64,000 nt of DNA from Phoronis australis (GCA_002633005.1 NMRA01000127.1:318438-382437); one strand, 5' to 3'; shown: positions 11,093 through 25,500, counted from the stretch's first letter. Translations and numbers: made by a program. Notes: generated by a model from the sequence alone, not told the origin.

Positions 11093-13602
11093 TTAATTGG
11101 CCGGGGGGGGGGGGGNACACAAACCAATTCGACAAGATTTGCTTCCTTCTTCAGTTATCCCCATCACTTCTCTATCTATTCTCCGGATGTCTACATTTTT
11201 GTACCGTCTCCCACGACCACCATAGGGTCGCAAACCCCGGGGAGGCAGCTATCTTAGTGAGAACCTGAGTAACAATATGTTTCAACAAAATTTCACAGAG
11301 GAGTGAGAATGAGGCCTCAAGACAGATGGATTGCCTGACGGAACAGAACAATGAAAGTTGTGGGTGAACATCTCACGACAATCCAGTGAAGGTATAACCA
11401 TTATAGATCTATAGTCTATGGTATAACAAACTAGGCTAGTCGCAGTAGCTTAGTTATGATTCCGCAATTTGAGACAGGCACCTCAGCTCAGTCGTGCAAT
11501 TTAGTTTGGGACAACAAAAATTTATTAAGCAAAACCATTGGAAAGTACCAAGACGTCAAGGAAGTGCAAAGGGAATCAATCTTCCCCAGTTAATGAGCAA
11601 TACACTGGCATTTATTTGATTTCAGCACTTTCCTTTTTGATCTTCTGTTTGTGAATCTAAACCAGTAATCTTGTTCCTAAGTCAATAAACAATGCATTTG
11701 TCACTTGAATTGTGGGTACATTTTTGGGGCACCCTTCAGAATAATTACTTACCAATTGTAAGACAAGTAACCAAAACAACAAACTCAATGTACCGTAAGC
11801 GACAACAATTATATACGCTGAAATCAAAGATTAAAACTGCTGAGACACGTGATTACGGTTTGCAGACCAATCACTAAACCCAGACGCATGTGAAAGATGC
11901 CACCAAAAAAAACGTTTCGACTAGAAAAGGACAGAATAAATGACGTACGCACAAGTAAACGATTATAAAAGTTTACTGCGCGAGTAATTTTGAGAAATAC
12001 ATCAGAGCCCTATCCTGGCTTGTCCAGCAGTGCAACTGGGAAAGTCCTCACATGATTATCTCAGTTGAAATGAATCGTATTTGAAGTTGTTGTAAAGCCT
12101 CTCACGGACACCAGTCTCAAATAAATGCCAAGTTTCTAAATATGCGTGCAAATATAAAAGCCTCTTTTTATACAGCATTCGCGGGCATTGCTAATTTTCA
12201 AAGACAGCACAAGGCAACAGTCGGGGGGCACGTGTTCGATAAAAAACACTATACTGAAATTCTACAAATTCTACAAATTCTACTCTTGGCGTCCTGCCGA
12301 CGACTATTAAACGACAGTCACTCGTGTAACGGGGGTTAATCAATAAATAACAGGCCCCGGCCTGAGTACTACTGGAAGCTCTTACACAAATAGCACCTTC
12401 TTGAAGTGAATTATAAATATCAAGTGCCAAATAAATATCAAAAGCTAAAGATTTCCAAGTCGCTGTTTATCCCCGTTCATTCCAGAGGTAGCTATTACGC
12501 TTTATGAGATAAAAATTGAATTCCAAAAATCACTGAAATCTTTATTCATGATTGCCAAGATGTACTTTGTACCTCAATTCGTTAGACATTTACTATGCAC
12601 ACGGCCATCAAAAATCGTAACCACGGATATAGTCTATTCGACATGTTTGAGTTTCTTACAAACAACTGGTCTTCAAAAGGAGTGATGTTCTTATGACACT
12701 GGCTGGGAAAGAGTTTCCAACATTTCATCGTTATAAAACCAGTCGGAAATATCCCCTTTGTGTTATTCACAAATAGTGGTCTTCAAGTTCTCCAAACCTC
12801 AATCCTTTTGATGGCGGTCTGCCCTATTGGAGTCTTCAATGTAATCATGTTTGGTTGTTTGAAGCGAAAGTCGTGATACTGAGTGCTTTCCACGAAGTGT
12901 TACGTGTTTTCTCGGTAAAATTGGAAATTCATCTGCTTCTCCTCACACATAGTTGACGGCACCGGATTTAAATAGAAGGGCGAGTGAGGTGCAACTGCCC
13001 CGGGCCACACCTCCGAGACAGGACTCCGTCTGGAAGGAAATCCCTTAATATGAAACGCAAAATATCATTCAAAATGGAAAAAAATGACAGTTCAATGACC
13101 CTCAGTAGAAGTTATAAACACGGCTGCATGCCCCTCCAATTAAGGTTTGATTGAGTACCAATCGATGTCATCTGTTAGGTTCTCAATTTTTATCAAGTGA
13201 TATACGACTCGGGCTTCATAAAAAAGAAAAAAGGAGAGAGCGAAATATGGTTCCCGGCATCGCCTTTTCCAGACTCGGAGAGGGGTCTCTGAAAATTGCA
13301 TTCCCTCCGAGTAATATGGTCTTCGTTGTTTCAGTTGAAAATCCAGTAAATTAATAAGCTCTGCAAAAGCTCTTGCTTTACAAATTTTCTCAACTTTTCC
13401 GAAGTATAAGTAAGAATGATTAAGTGCATGTTTAAAAGTGCGTTTTGGCGATCTTTGACTGATAGTGTTGTAGTGCAAATGGGCCCTCTGACAGTAAGAA
13501 CAATGACCCGATAAATCAAGCACAGTATAGTTGACGAACGTTCTCTTCTCCATGTTGCACGCCTACGCCGGTTGCTATGGTCTAACCATGACGCCTGCAA
13601 TT

Positions 13603-13629
13603 ATTATATATATATATATATATATATAT
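13603..13629. repeat. (TA)n microsatellite
   Basis: Run of tatatata... Confidence 0.9.
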
Positions 13630-14744
13630 CTCGGCCCCGCTTACGATCCGAACTAGCATGACCGGCCGTTCAACGATCCTGTACTTAGATGACCCCCATT
13701 GACAGAAACGTAAACTACTTTCCAAGTCACTTCCGGACTCGGAGAATTGTGGGAAGGGCATATTTGCCACGTTCGATCAAAAGCCGGTCGATTTGGACGT
13801 GGAAAAATCAACGTAATTCCGGTAGATAAAGGTATGTAATGTGTGTTGTTGCAGCACTTGTGTGGTGTATTATCATTTATTCGACATGGTAAGTAGGTTT
13901 ATGAGCAATCAGATCCAAGGAAGGCTATAAAATTCATGATCCTCAGAGTTCTCTCGTCCGGCCTCCAACTCGGCAGGTTCTCAAATCCAGTTAGGAGAAT
14001 GTCTCTCCAGATGATCGGGAGAATTTTCTTGCGATCAGTGTTCTTTCAAGGAAATTCAAGGACACTGCCGCAAATTAAATACAACAGTTCTAGTTTTGTA
14101 ACTTTGTCATTTTTGTACTCATTTGCTTTGGAGACATGCATGGCATTAATGCCATAAGTGGTGCCAGTTTTTTTTTTACCATATTTTAACTCATTTTTCA
14201 AACATTGAACTTTGTAGACTCACTGTTTTGTTTCAAGCATATTAGTCGAGGCCATAAACATCAATATTAACCATTATATCTGTCAGTAAGTTTGAAGTGA
14301 TTTTCTTCTGATGTACATTTATCGTCACAGATCAGGAAGCATGCGTGAACCCAGCCTTCATTGATGGGGGTCTCGAATTCCTGAGGTTGTGGACCTTTTG
14401 GTAGCAAAAAACAGGCAGAGTAAAAAAAAAACTTGGGCACCACTGTGAATTGTGCGTTTGTGCTTGTTTAGTGGACTTATGTCTCATTTTCTCGGACTTT
14501 TTGTTTCTCGGGGTAGACCTTTTTGCCCACTTTGCCAAATGGGGGGTTCGTTCGAGCCCCAGTGCCCGCATGGGAAGCTTTGGAAAAGTTGATCACTTTT
14601 TTGAAATATTAGCTGAAAGTGCGACTGTATGGCCAATCCAATTTCTTTATTCATAATTGAAAGCATTCACCTCTAGAGTCTAGATGTTTGTCTTGATATT
14701 TATAACATCATTGAAGGGGCTTCCAACTGTATAGAAGTTGGCAA

Positions 14745-14851
14745 AATTGCCAGATTCAAAGTTTCATTCCTATAAGTTATAATTGCCAGATTCAAAGTTT
14801 CATTCCTAAAAATTATAATTGCCAGATTCAAAGTTTCATTCCTAAAAATTA
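14745..14851. repeat. Minisatellite, 36-bp unit x3
   Basis: aattgccagattcaaagtttcattccta(t/a)aa(g/a)ttat starts at 14745, 14781 and 14817. Confidence 0.9.
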
Positions 14852-16056
14852 GTGAAGACATACAGATATAGTAAAACCACGACCTAGGTCAAAGTCTGTG
14901 TGTTTCCTGAACATGTGGAGACACAGTTTATGAATCTAGATTAATAAATGGAAAAGGTATGACAGTTTAAAGTGGGTCTGCCATCTCCGACTAATGCCAA
15001 GTTAATTACCTATGGAAGGAGTGAAAAAATACCTGTTTTAGCCATGGGGATTAAAAATTGACTATGCTTATTCGCTTTGACAGGCTGATCACTTTTTCTC
15101 AGCTTTTCACAAAGGCAAAAACCTGGCATTACTGTAAATCATGGTATACAATGGGGGACTTGCACAATTATTTTTACCTTACGTTATAGACTGTCACTGT
15201 TTTTAATTGGTTTTTCGCAAATTACAGGTCAGTATGTTAATGGTAGTTGCCGAAAGCTGGTGACCAGTGTAGCCTAGCAGTTGTAGGGGTCTGTCAAATC
15301 CTCCTGGTCCATTTGGAACACCTTAGGTACTTTCGTAGCCTCGGTGGATAATTTGAGGCTACGGAAATACCTGAGGTGTTCCGGATGGCCCCAATAGTAA
15401 CCCTCCCCCCACTGTCTGTAATAAAACATTTGCGATAGCTCTCCAAACCATTTGCAATTGGTAATTTGTAGCGTACACCATGGCAATTGACAGGCAAAAA
15501 TTGATGCTGCAAAAATTCTCCAGACACCATTGAAACTGTAAACATGTGACCTCTCTTGCGACCTTCGTATATTGAATGAGAGGTATTCGATCATTGATGG
15601 GTCTGTTTATCATGAAGAATTTGTAGCAATTAAAACAAGTTCGCATAAGTTGTGGAATAACGAATTAACAGGTTGATGAACGTTGAAAATGTTCAATCTG
15701 TAAAACAATAAACTGCCATATATCAAAAATATCACAGTGCTTTGTACAATAATTCAAAACGTTCTTACGTATCTATACAAATCGAGTCAGAATCAACTTA
15801 AATCCAAAAACCTAAGTCCAAACGATAGCTTACCCTCGTGTACGGGCGCAGCCATGACAGCATACAGAAATGTGGTGTGGATAACTGTAAGCCATTAAAA
15901 GTCTAATATTCCAAAAAGATGTTAAAATACAAGGTTTTGGGCATGTTACAAGCACATAATAGAATAGTTTACTTCATTGGAACTGTTGTCAGAAGCCATA
16001 TACAGTCATGCTCAGGAACGCATTCAGTCGGCAAGATTGCTACAGGGGAAATGGAC

Positions 16057-16078
16057 GAGCTCTGGGAATAGTAATTTG
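16057..16078 (-). promoter_or_regulatory. ZNF143/Staf-like site in the SEC31 promoter region
   Basis: gagctctgggaatagtaattt resembles the reverse complement of the AAACTACAnTTCCCAGaatgc consensus. It lies about 470 bp upstream of the SEC31 ATG. Confidence 0.4.
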
Positions 16079-16549
16079 GAAACCAATACACTGAGCTACA
16101 ATAACAAAACAATAAACGAGAGCAACAGTTATGTTCTAGACTATAGGGAGAATACGTCCACTCTTCTCCCTGGGTAAAATCCAAACATGGTTCACTCCGC
16201 ATGCCGTGTTTTCACTCTGTTAGCTTCCTTCGTGTTAATTAAAAGAAACAATTATAGTTGCGCATTACGTACACTTGCTGATCATGTTTTTTCTTGTTTT
16301 TGTCATAGTTAGCAATGCGTAATATGGCTTCAATTTTCTGTCTTTGTGCAATATGTTGAATAGAAAAAAAAACAGTCTTCATATGTATTTCAAGATTTTT
16401 TAACATGACTAGAGGCAATGTTTGGATATAGATAGGAAGAACACGAAAACACGCTTCCGTGGATCCCAGTTTCTTTGGCAAGACTCATTCAGTACTTGGA
16501 ACGATGTGACCTCTGACCCAGTCTACCTCTCTTTCAGACTAGCATCAAA

Positions 16550-19500
16550 ATGAAAGTGAAGGAGATTGACCGCACGGCTAACATAGCCTGGTCGCCCCAG
16601 CCGCAGCATCCAATCTATGTGGCAGCCGGCACAGCAGCTCAACAGTTGGATGCAACATTCAGGTGAGTTCAAAATAAGCTTCGGACTGTTGTTAAGTGTA
16701 CGTAGGTCCTTTAAAAGATGTGGGCTTTCTTTACATGAAAGTGAATTCATGCAAAATCTACACGCGTCGGAAATTTACGTTGCAGCAGCATTCATTCACA
16801 TAAAATTTGCGGTTAGTGTTTTTGAAATGAGATCAACTGAATGTAATGTATGCTTAGACGCTAGTGCATTGGACATGGAGTTTTCATGGCTGTAAGCCAC
16901 TCCTTTAGGGCAGCTGTTCATTTCATTATGCTGTACCGTAATACTTATATTCCCAGACTGCTGTTATCAAAGTACGTCAGTAAATATGGGATGAATTATT
17001 AGAATTTCTCTCATCCAGCTGCGTTATGGTGATGCCGTTTTAGTATGATAAATGGACGAAAATCTGTTTGGGGCACCCATGCTTTGTGAGTATGTTGTAA
17101 GGCATGTTTAAGCTGCTTGAACAACTATGTAAAAGTCAATAATTTTCGGTTGTTTTGTGCAGACAATAATGTATTATAGTTGTATCAAATTCCCAGGGTT
17201 TTAACAACTTAATTCAAACTTGCTTATACATTTGAGTTAACAGTCAAACTGATGTGACCATGACCGAAAGATTGCGAGGTCAAAGCCTGAAGAGACATTT
17301 TTTGCCACATGGTGGCACCCCTTAGTCTTTGTGCTGTTGCTATAGTTACAATAATTTTCCTCAATTTGGTACAAAAATTTGCTTAGATAGATATTTTTGT
17401 AGTTTTCATAGGCTTACTGACAGCGTTAGAAATTGTTAAAGTTCGCTCGTGTTGTTGGATGACATTATATAAACAGAGCCTAGAGCAAAACTATGTGAAA
17501 AAGTTGAGAAATCTGACTAAATTAAGTTTTACTTTCTTGCCGCATATGTCCCTAACTGAAAAATTTTTACCCGATAATAAATGACTTTTAGGTTTATCAC
17601 TCTGTAATTTATCTCACCTGTTCAACACATTTGAATTTCCACGTTCTTGCTCTCTGCAGCACCACTGCCGCCCTGGAGATTTATAAGCTCAATTTGAGCG
17701 AGCCCGGCCTTGACATGGAGCCCATCGGATCACTGACCACAGATTACCGCTTTCACAAGTTGGTTTGGGGCAAATATGGCATGGATCTGGGAGAGCGCGA
17801 ATCGGGCGTGCTAGTGGGGGGCTGTGAAAATGGAAGACTCTTTCTCTGGGACCCTGCCAAGCTGATCAATGGTGAAGAGTCCCTGATCGCAGAGATGGAT
17901 AAACACACCGGGGCAGTGGCGGCACTTGATTTTAACCCTTTTCAGGTACAGGACGGATGTTTTGACATGCGTATATTAAGATTTGTATTTCCATCAAGAA
18001 TGTTCATTGCTTTTAATCCCTGGTGGAACATTTAGCATTAAGTTTTTATCATCATTTTCCAAGCCATTCATGGTTCCTTCATATCCGCAAAAATTTGATT
18101 AAAGAGAATATCGGTATGCTATCATGGAGCTATATCTTTAAGTGATATTAATTTTAAGTCAGTGTAGTCATTTTTGTTATGTAACTTGTGTGTTTTTGTT
18201 TTGTAAATCTGAAGTTAATAGGTGTTTTAAAAGTATTACTTCGCGTTGCAAAGTTACACACATTGCTCATTTCATCCTCTGTTGTTTGATATTTGAATCT
18301 GTTATCCTTTACAGCATAATCTTTTGGCATCAGGTGGAACTGAATCCGAGATCTTCCTGTGGGATATGAATAACCTTGGTAACCCAATGACCCCAGGAGC
18401 CAAGTCGCAGGTAGGGATCCACAATCCTTTCCTATACTTTTGATTATGAAAAGCTTGAAGCCTTACAACCTAGCTGACATCTGAATACATCTATCCTCAA
18501 CTCCCTTGCATTCTAATTTGTGTATTTCAATAAGTAGTTTTCACAGTTTGACCATAAGTTCTATTATGTTACACTTTTTTCTTAATTTCAATTAAAAGAA
18601 ATTGGAGCTTAATAGATTTCCTTTTAAGACGCAGCAGTCATTGGTTGGAGATCGTGTAATACTCTGTTCATTGATTAATTGTTTTAGAAGTCTTCCAGTG
18701 ATGTAGTGAGTAGCACTTTCGCACTTGATATCTCTGCTAGAACTCTACTGATAGTCGAGTTTTCTTCACTGTTCCATTCAAACTACCTGCTTTTTGGGAC
18801 TTGGACTTTCCTGCATGTTACACCTCTGTTTCTTTTGAATCTATTGTTTTTGCAATTTGAACCGAGGGTTGTGTGAATTGATGCTTTGGAATGTGTTCAC
18901 TTCTATGCAATGATCTGTTGAGATTCAAGGTCTGTTTTGTTTTTCTGTTATTCTGGTTTAGGAATGTCATGGTAAATTGAAGAAAGGCAATGTGTAGAAA
19001 TGAAACTTGTTCCAATTGGTTGAGAAATTTGAGGTATTTTTCATGTAGGTCATAGAACTACTGGCTATGTTAGAGTAGTTTCCTTAAAATCATTTGATAA
19101 TTTTTAATGATTTGAACTGGATTTTGTTATATAGTCTGGAAAGCCAAACTCGTGTTCGACATTCCTTGATTTGATAATGCAAGGGATATATTTACAAACA
19201 TCTTTGTAATGCGTTGTCTTGTTCCAGCCTCCTGATGACGTGACGTGTGTCGCATGGAACCGTCAGGTCCAGCACATCATGGCGTCGACCTTCACCTCAC
19301 GCTGTGTGGTCTGGGACCTGCGGAAGAATGATCCAATTATCAAGATCAGTGACAGCATGGCAAGGGTAGGTGTATACGTCTTCCCGTAACCATAGGAAAT
19401 GGGGACAAATTGTTAATGATACATACTGGCGTTTTTGTGTGTCCGCACTGTTTTATGTGCATCAGGTATGTTGACACGTGAAAATCGTGTTGTTTAATGA

Positions 19501-22500
19501 AAGATTTTCTTATGTAGATCATGTAAGCTTATTCTGATGAGTTTTGTTAGCGATACTGCTTAACCCTGAATGTTTGGATATCCACTCGGAGCAGTGTTTT
19601 ATAGCGATGTCGAGGAACTTTAAATGTGTATATATGCATTTAGTCAATAGCATCGTTTTTAATGAAATGTTCCTGAATTTTCTTCCAAAGTTTTTAAATA
19701 TGCAACTTTCCCATATCATAAGAGTTATAGTCACACTTCATATTTTCAGTATTATCAGGAAATATTTGTTCATTGCCAAGATTATTTTTTGTGATTTGAC
19801 TAAATGAATTTATTCTTATCTTCTACTATTCAATTATGAAAAGCCATATGATATAAAAATATAAAGTTTTCATGTATTCAAGTTAGATAAGAAAAGACGT
19901 TGATGTTTTCTCACCGTCCTAAAAAATTGAAATTTGTCTTGTATTCAAGTTATGTAATGAAAAATGTTCACGTTTTCTCACCCATCCATCTTCAGATCAA
20001 GAGTAAACTTGTTGCATGGCACCCTGATGTGGCAACACAGATGTGCCTGGCATCGGAAGATGATCATACTCCTGTCATTCAACTTTGGGATCTGAGGTTC
20101 GCTACGTCTCCCCTCAAAGTACTGGAGAACCACCAGAGGTATGAAAACACGACAGACTTAAAGTCCTGTAGAAGTTAATTGACGAAGTCATGTGCCCCTA
20201 TGTCTTGCGTTTGAATTGAAATACCTTGCCTATGGATTCTGCAATCATTTGCTGTTATGCCAAATATTACTTGGAATTTCTGAAAGTAGGTCCTCCCAAA
20301 GTATTCCCATGGGTGTATTTTAGGTAACTGTTTGCGTGATTTAAAAATGTGATGAGTTGTTCTAAAATATGTTTTGATGTAAGCATTTGTTTAGTTTGGT
20401 AAGACATTGTATTTTGAGATCGTAATTTCTCTCATTTAAGTAGATATTGTGGGACTTAGTTGCTAACTGACCATGTTACATACTTTGAAAACAGTCTTTA
20501 GTGAATAGTCGATTTATGATTATTTAGCCTAAAACAGCATCATAAAATGTTTGACACAGTTTCCCAAGATACGTATGTTCGGTTTCATTTGACATTTTTG
20601 GTAGGCCATTATCCGAATGTCCACCCATGTACCTATTTCGAGATATTTATGGTATTTTTTGCAAAGTGCAAGAGTCGTTATTGAATAGTTGAATGTCCTT
20701 TGAATAGCTATAATATTGGTTAGCTAATTTATTTGTAGGGGAATCCTCTCACTTGCCTGGTGCCCACAAGACCCTGACCTATTGCTCAGCTGTGCCAAAG
20801 ACAACCGTATCCTTTGTTGGAACCCCAACAGTAATGTTCAGAACGGCGAGGTTTGTACACTGCGATAATTAGCATAGATTTGTCATGATTCCGGTCAACT
20901 GTTTAGTTTCTTATTTTTATTTCTTGAGTTTAGGTAGATATAATAGATAATATTATTGCGCAGAAATCGAACTAACGTAAAAGCTCAGGTTATGATTTTA
21001 CTTAAGATATATTGTTTTAAGCATATTCTTGTATTCTTTTTACCTAAAAGAACTTTGCACATTTATATTTACCTATTTTAGGCCATACACGTAGTGCTTT
21101 TTAAAAGATTTATCTCGAGTGTTTAACCTGTTGGTACATAGGCCTAATCCAGATACAGGTTCAGTCTCGCATTGTTTCACAAGTCTTTGGGTCTAAGTAC
21201 ACACATACGGTAAAATCACAACAATTTTGTTAACTATAATTGCCAGAGTTCCACTGTTTTCATTTTGTATTCAGTATTGTCTTTTGGTAGGTTTGGTACA
21301 GAACTTGGACTTCTGATATTGTATATCATTTCTAAAAAAGTGAGAAAAAAATTGCTGCCATATTGCGTTTCTATATGTAGACTGTTTAGTGGGGGAACAA
21401 ATGTATTATCCTTATGACACGTATTTCATTCTCAGGTTGTGTATGAATTACCCACAAGTCACCAGTGGAGTTTTGATGTTCAGTGGTGCCCGCGTAATCC
21501 TGCCGTGTTGTCAAGCTCTGCATTTGACGGACACATCAGTATATACTCCGTCATGGGCGGCGTAGAAATTCCAGTTAGCCCAAGGGATAAGGTAAGCTCT
21601 ACTAAGAAAACACCCTCAATGTATATTATATCAGGTGTAAGATTTTGAAGTTTTTTTGAGAATAAATTAGTTCTGCGTTGTAGTTAGCTATGGAGAATTA
21701 AGAGTTTTAGGTTAAGTTGATCGCAATGTTATCAAAGAACTGAATTGTTTTTACTGGTAATTTGTAGTTCAGATTTGTATATCTTGGTGTTTGAACTTGA
21801 CATGCTATGACTCCCCCACTCCTTACAATTTATATTGAGACTATTTCATGTTAGTTGTGTTAATTGATTTAATGTTCAACTGTATGATTGAAACACTTGA
21901 CTTGAGATACGAATGTCTATACTCTTATTGGTCATGACCATGGGCTCAGGATAATTGCTGTGGTTACATTTTTGTCTGGCAGTTGTTGAAAGTTCAGGTG
22001 GTATTTTTGTTAAGTTGGGTTCTTTTCTTGTGACCCTTTACAATTGGCAGCCATTGACGATCCTTTCTCCCATCACTCAGTTAAGATCCATTCCCCGATG
22101 CTTTTTGGTGCTGTTTTCTTTGGCTTCAATCGTTTCCTCAATGCCTGATCAATAATATGTATCAATATTTTTCAGATTGCGGAATCATTCACCGACGCGT
22201 TTGGCCAACCTATTGCCCATCAACAGCAGACATCATCCTCGGCACCACGCACACCTCTAACCAAACCACCCAAGTGGCTCAGGAGGCCTGTGGGAGCTAA
22301 GTTCTCAGTAAGTGGAAGTGACTGAAAGTACACAGTAATGCTGTGTTCATAATTGACGTAATATAACTTCTACTACATTTTCTTGAAAAAATTATCTGTC
22401 TATTTTTAACGCAAAATCTATCCACAAAGTGCTCGGACAACATAAATTGAATTCTTTATTATTTACTTATTTTGATAAAGACTTTTAAGGCAATCTTGAG

Positions 22501-25500
22501 TAAACTGACATGACTGTGGACATGTACAGTCAAACTGACATGACTGTGGACGTGCACTCAAACTGACGTGACTGGACGTGTACAGTCAAACTGACCTGAC
22601 TGTGGACGTGAACAGTCAAACTAACCTGACTGTGGACGTGCACAGTCAAACTGACCTGACTGTGGACGTGCACAGTCAAACTGACCTGACTGTGGACGTG
22701 TACAGTCAAACTGACATGACTGGACGTGCACTTTTTCGGAGACAATACTAAGTTAAACATATACACATAAGGTTGGAATTTATGACTTGGCTTGGCTTTC
22801 ATTCTTTTATGATTCAGGAAATTTTTTTGATATCATTATTTACATTGTGGATATGAATTGTGTCAAGCATAAATATAAGCTAGTTGATACCGTATTACTG
22901 GTGGTGTGTTACTGGTGGTCTGTTGATTCCAGTTTGGTGGCAAGTTGATCACGTTTGCCCAAGAGAAACCCGCTGCCCATGCTCAGCAGCTGCCGCCCAA
23001 GCTGGTGCACATCAGTCAGGTCGTCACGGAAACGGAGTTGGTGTCGCGCTCCACCCAGTTGGAGAACGCACTCAACAATGGTCAGTACAACGAGTTCTGC
23101 GCGCTCAAGATTGCAAACAGTCAGACAGAGCTGGAAGAAAACATTTGGAAGTTTATGAAAGTAAGTTTGGAATTGGGCGTGAGATAAACTGTAATACCTT
23201 GTTCACATGATGGCATTTTTGCTGTTAGCAATATCAACAGTAGCAAGGGTACTTTTGCTGGTGCTTTGCTGGAGATTTGAGTTATCCGGAAACAACTGCA
23301 TGGCGTTTTGCTAACATTTTTACAGCCAAGCCGCTTACTTCAAAGGACATACATGTGTGGTAACAGAGAGAAAGCTTGGATTGAAATCAGTTTTTGCTCA
23401 AAAATGATTTGGGTGATCAAAGGAACTAACTTCTGGCGAAAATGACCCTTTTGTATACAGCTCATCTGTTTGGCAAAAATGCTAGTTTTAGCATTTTTAG
23501 CCAGTAATAATGCTAGCGTTGTGGCCACTCATGTGAACCCTGTATTAGAGATACAGCGGGATAGAGAAAGTGGCTTATGATAGATAAGCTTGCTGTAATG
23601 TTGTTGGCTGATAAGTGGATACCTGCAGCAGTGGGCCAGTTGCGAAATATGGAGGACTGATTATTTTCAATGACAGTCACTGAAAAGAAATCAATGGACA
23701 AAATTATGCGTCTAAAGGGAATAAAAGTGGGAACAGTATAACACCTTGTCATGCATTATTTTAACAAAGCTTACTAAAAATATATTATGGATTCCATGAC
23801 AAGTGTGCATGCTTTATTATGAAGTCCAATTGTTTGTATTTTATCTTGTGGTTAATGGCTCTGGATTTTGAAGTAATAAGTTATTCATTGGAGTTTTATG
23901 TGACCTGTCTGAAAGAAAGTGGTTATGATAATTGTTCTGCCGAGAACCAGTTTTCCCCACTCATCAACAGGCATCGAATTGATTCTCAATATCCACGACC
24001 CCTTTGAGGGACTGTTGCCATAAAAAATAATAAAATAACTTAATATCTGCCTCTTTGTGTTAACGGTTTCGTCTTTTTGTAGGTTAACTTCGAGAAAGAG
24101 CCTAGAGCTATGTTTTTACAGCTACTCGGTTATGACAAGAATGAATTAGACAAAAAGGTAAGTACTTTCGATTTTATGAAGAAATTGCTTTCTGCCAAGT
24201 TGTTATGGTTGATAAACAACAACAAATTCTGTATTATCTGCGAAGAATGTCAGTAATTTTTATTACTTTCTTTCATGAATATGTAGTTGAGTGGAATTTA
24301 TAGGTGTTATATTGTTTGTTTTGATCGTGTGCAGCATTGTTCAAGCTATTTCTTGTTAGGTTGCCAAGGTGACAGTTGGTGGCCCAGAAGAGACACCTGG
24401 TGTGGATGCCAATGAACTGACGGAGAAAATGTCCGCTCTGAATGCAGTAAGTGTTCATCAAGGTGTCTGGTATAATACTCTGTAAATTAAATACTGAAAT
24501 TCAGTTCCTTTAAAAACTATGTCTCCAAGGTAACCAGTTATATGCATTTTCATTAATTGAAAGGCAACATCAGAAGTGATTGCTTCCCCTTTAGTTCAAA
24601 GTAGAATTTTCATCTATTAGTCGTGATGCTTTCACATGTGCAATTTGCCATTTAGGGCCAGCTGAACTCCAGTGCACAGGAATCTCCAAGAGTGGGGGTA
24701 AGTCATTCTATTTTAGACTGATGAAATGAAGACAATTTCCATTTTATATGTACATGTAAAAATCATGCAACGAAAAGCCCCAATATAAAGGAAATGAACA
24801 TTGAAAAATTATATGCCATGTTAGTGTCATTGGCTTAAGGCATTATCTGATATTTTTATATTTGGGTTGGGTGGTTGGATATTTCTTGTGTAAAGGTTTA
24901 CTTAGAGTGTTAAACTGACACTAAAACTGACATATAAAATAGATGCCATTTGTGGAATCTCATTTAAATTGACAATATACAGTGCATGTTAAGAGGAAGT
25001 GCACAAAGTTACCCAGAAATCCCTGTTATGATGACTAAATGCATGCAAATTTTACCTTCTTACTTGTTATCCATCGTGACTGGGAATGACGAGAACACCA
25101 ATCTATAGCTAAGATTTTTTTCTGGAATTACCGGTCGTTATTGTCGTGAGTGTAATTAGCCCTCCATGACTGGGAAACAGTATTTCAGCTTTAACAGCCA
25201 GTGAGACAATTAGATTCTAAGCTCTATTTCAAAATGTCATGTTTCCTCATTTCCGGATTGTAGTTGTTAATGTTGATTACATTTTAGACCCCTGATACGT
25301 TAGGAGAGTCTGCTGAGGGGGCTGCTGCGTTTGATAGAATTGCCGAGGGCTCAGAGTCTAGGTCTGAGTCACCATTCCCCATCTCTACGGAGAACGGTGA
25401 GAAAAGAATTAGATCTTAAACATGTTCTGCATAATTTCTGTAATTTCGTGGCATAACTTAGGTTTTCTTTTTGGGATATTATCACTTGCTCGCTTTGCAG

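Noticed and set aside
10780-11127. 115-aa ORF with an internal repeat
   Set aside because: By-product of the 211-bp tandem duplication. It starts in a G-run containing an N, with no recognisable domain.
13140-13553. 137-aa minus-strand ORF with good start context (CAACATGG)
   Set aside because: No recognisable motif, composition looks non-coding, and I could not build an exon chain. It cannot be excluded without expression data.
22051-22110. Possible extra SEC31 exon (IDDPFS-like peptide)
   Set aside because: That peptide needs phase 1, but the flanking intron is phase 0, and there is no convincing donor.
22497-22732. 30-bp repeat array superficially like a CRISPR array
   Set aside because: Units are directly adjacent with no unique spacers, there are no cas genes, and it lies in a eukaryotic intron. 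It is a minisatellite. The same applies to 14745-14851 and 35108-35292.
25025-25100. ATGATGA C-box-like motif in a SEC31 intron (also near 28441, 31958 and 33881)
   Set aside because: No matching D box (CTGA) with a terminal stem at snoRNA-like spacing.
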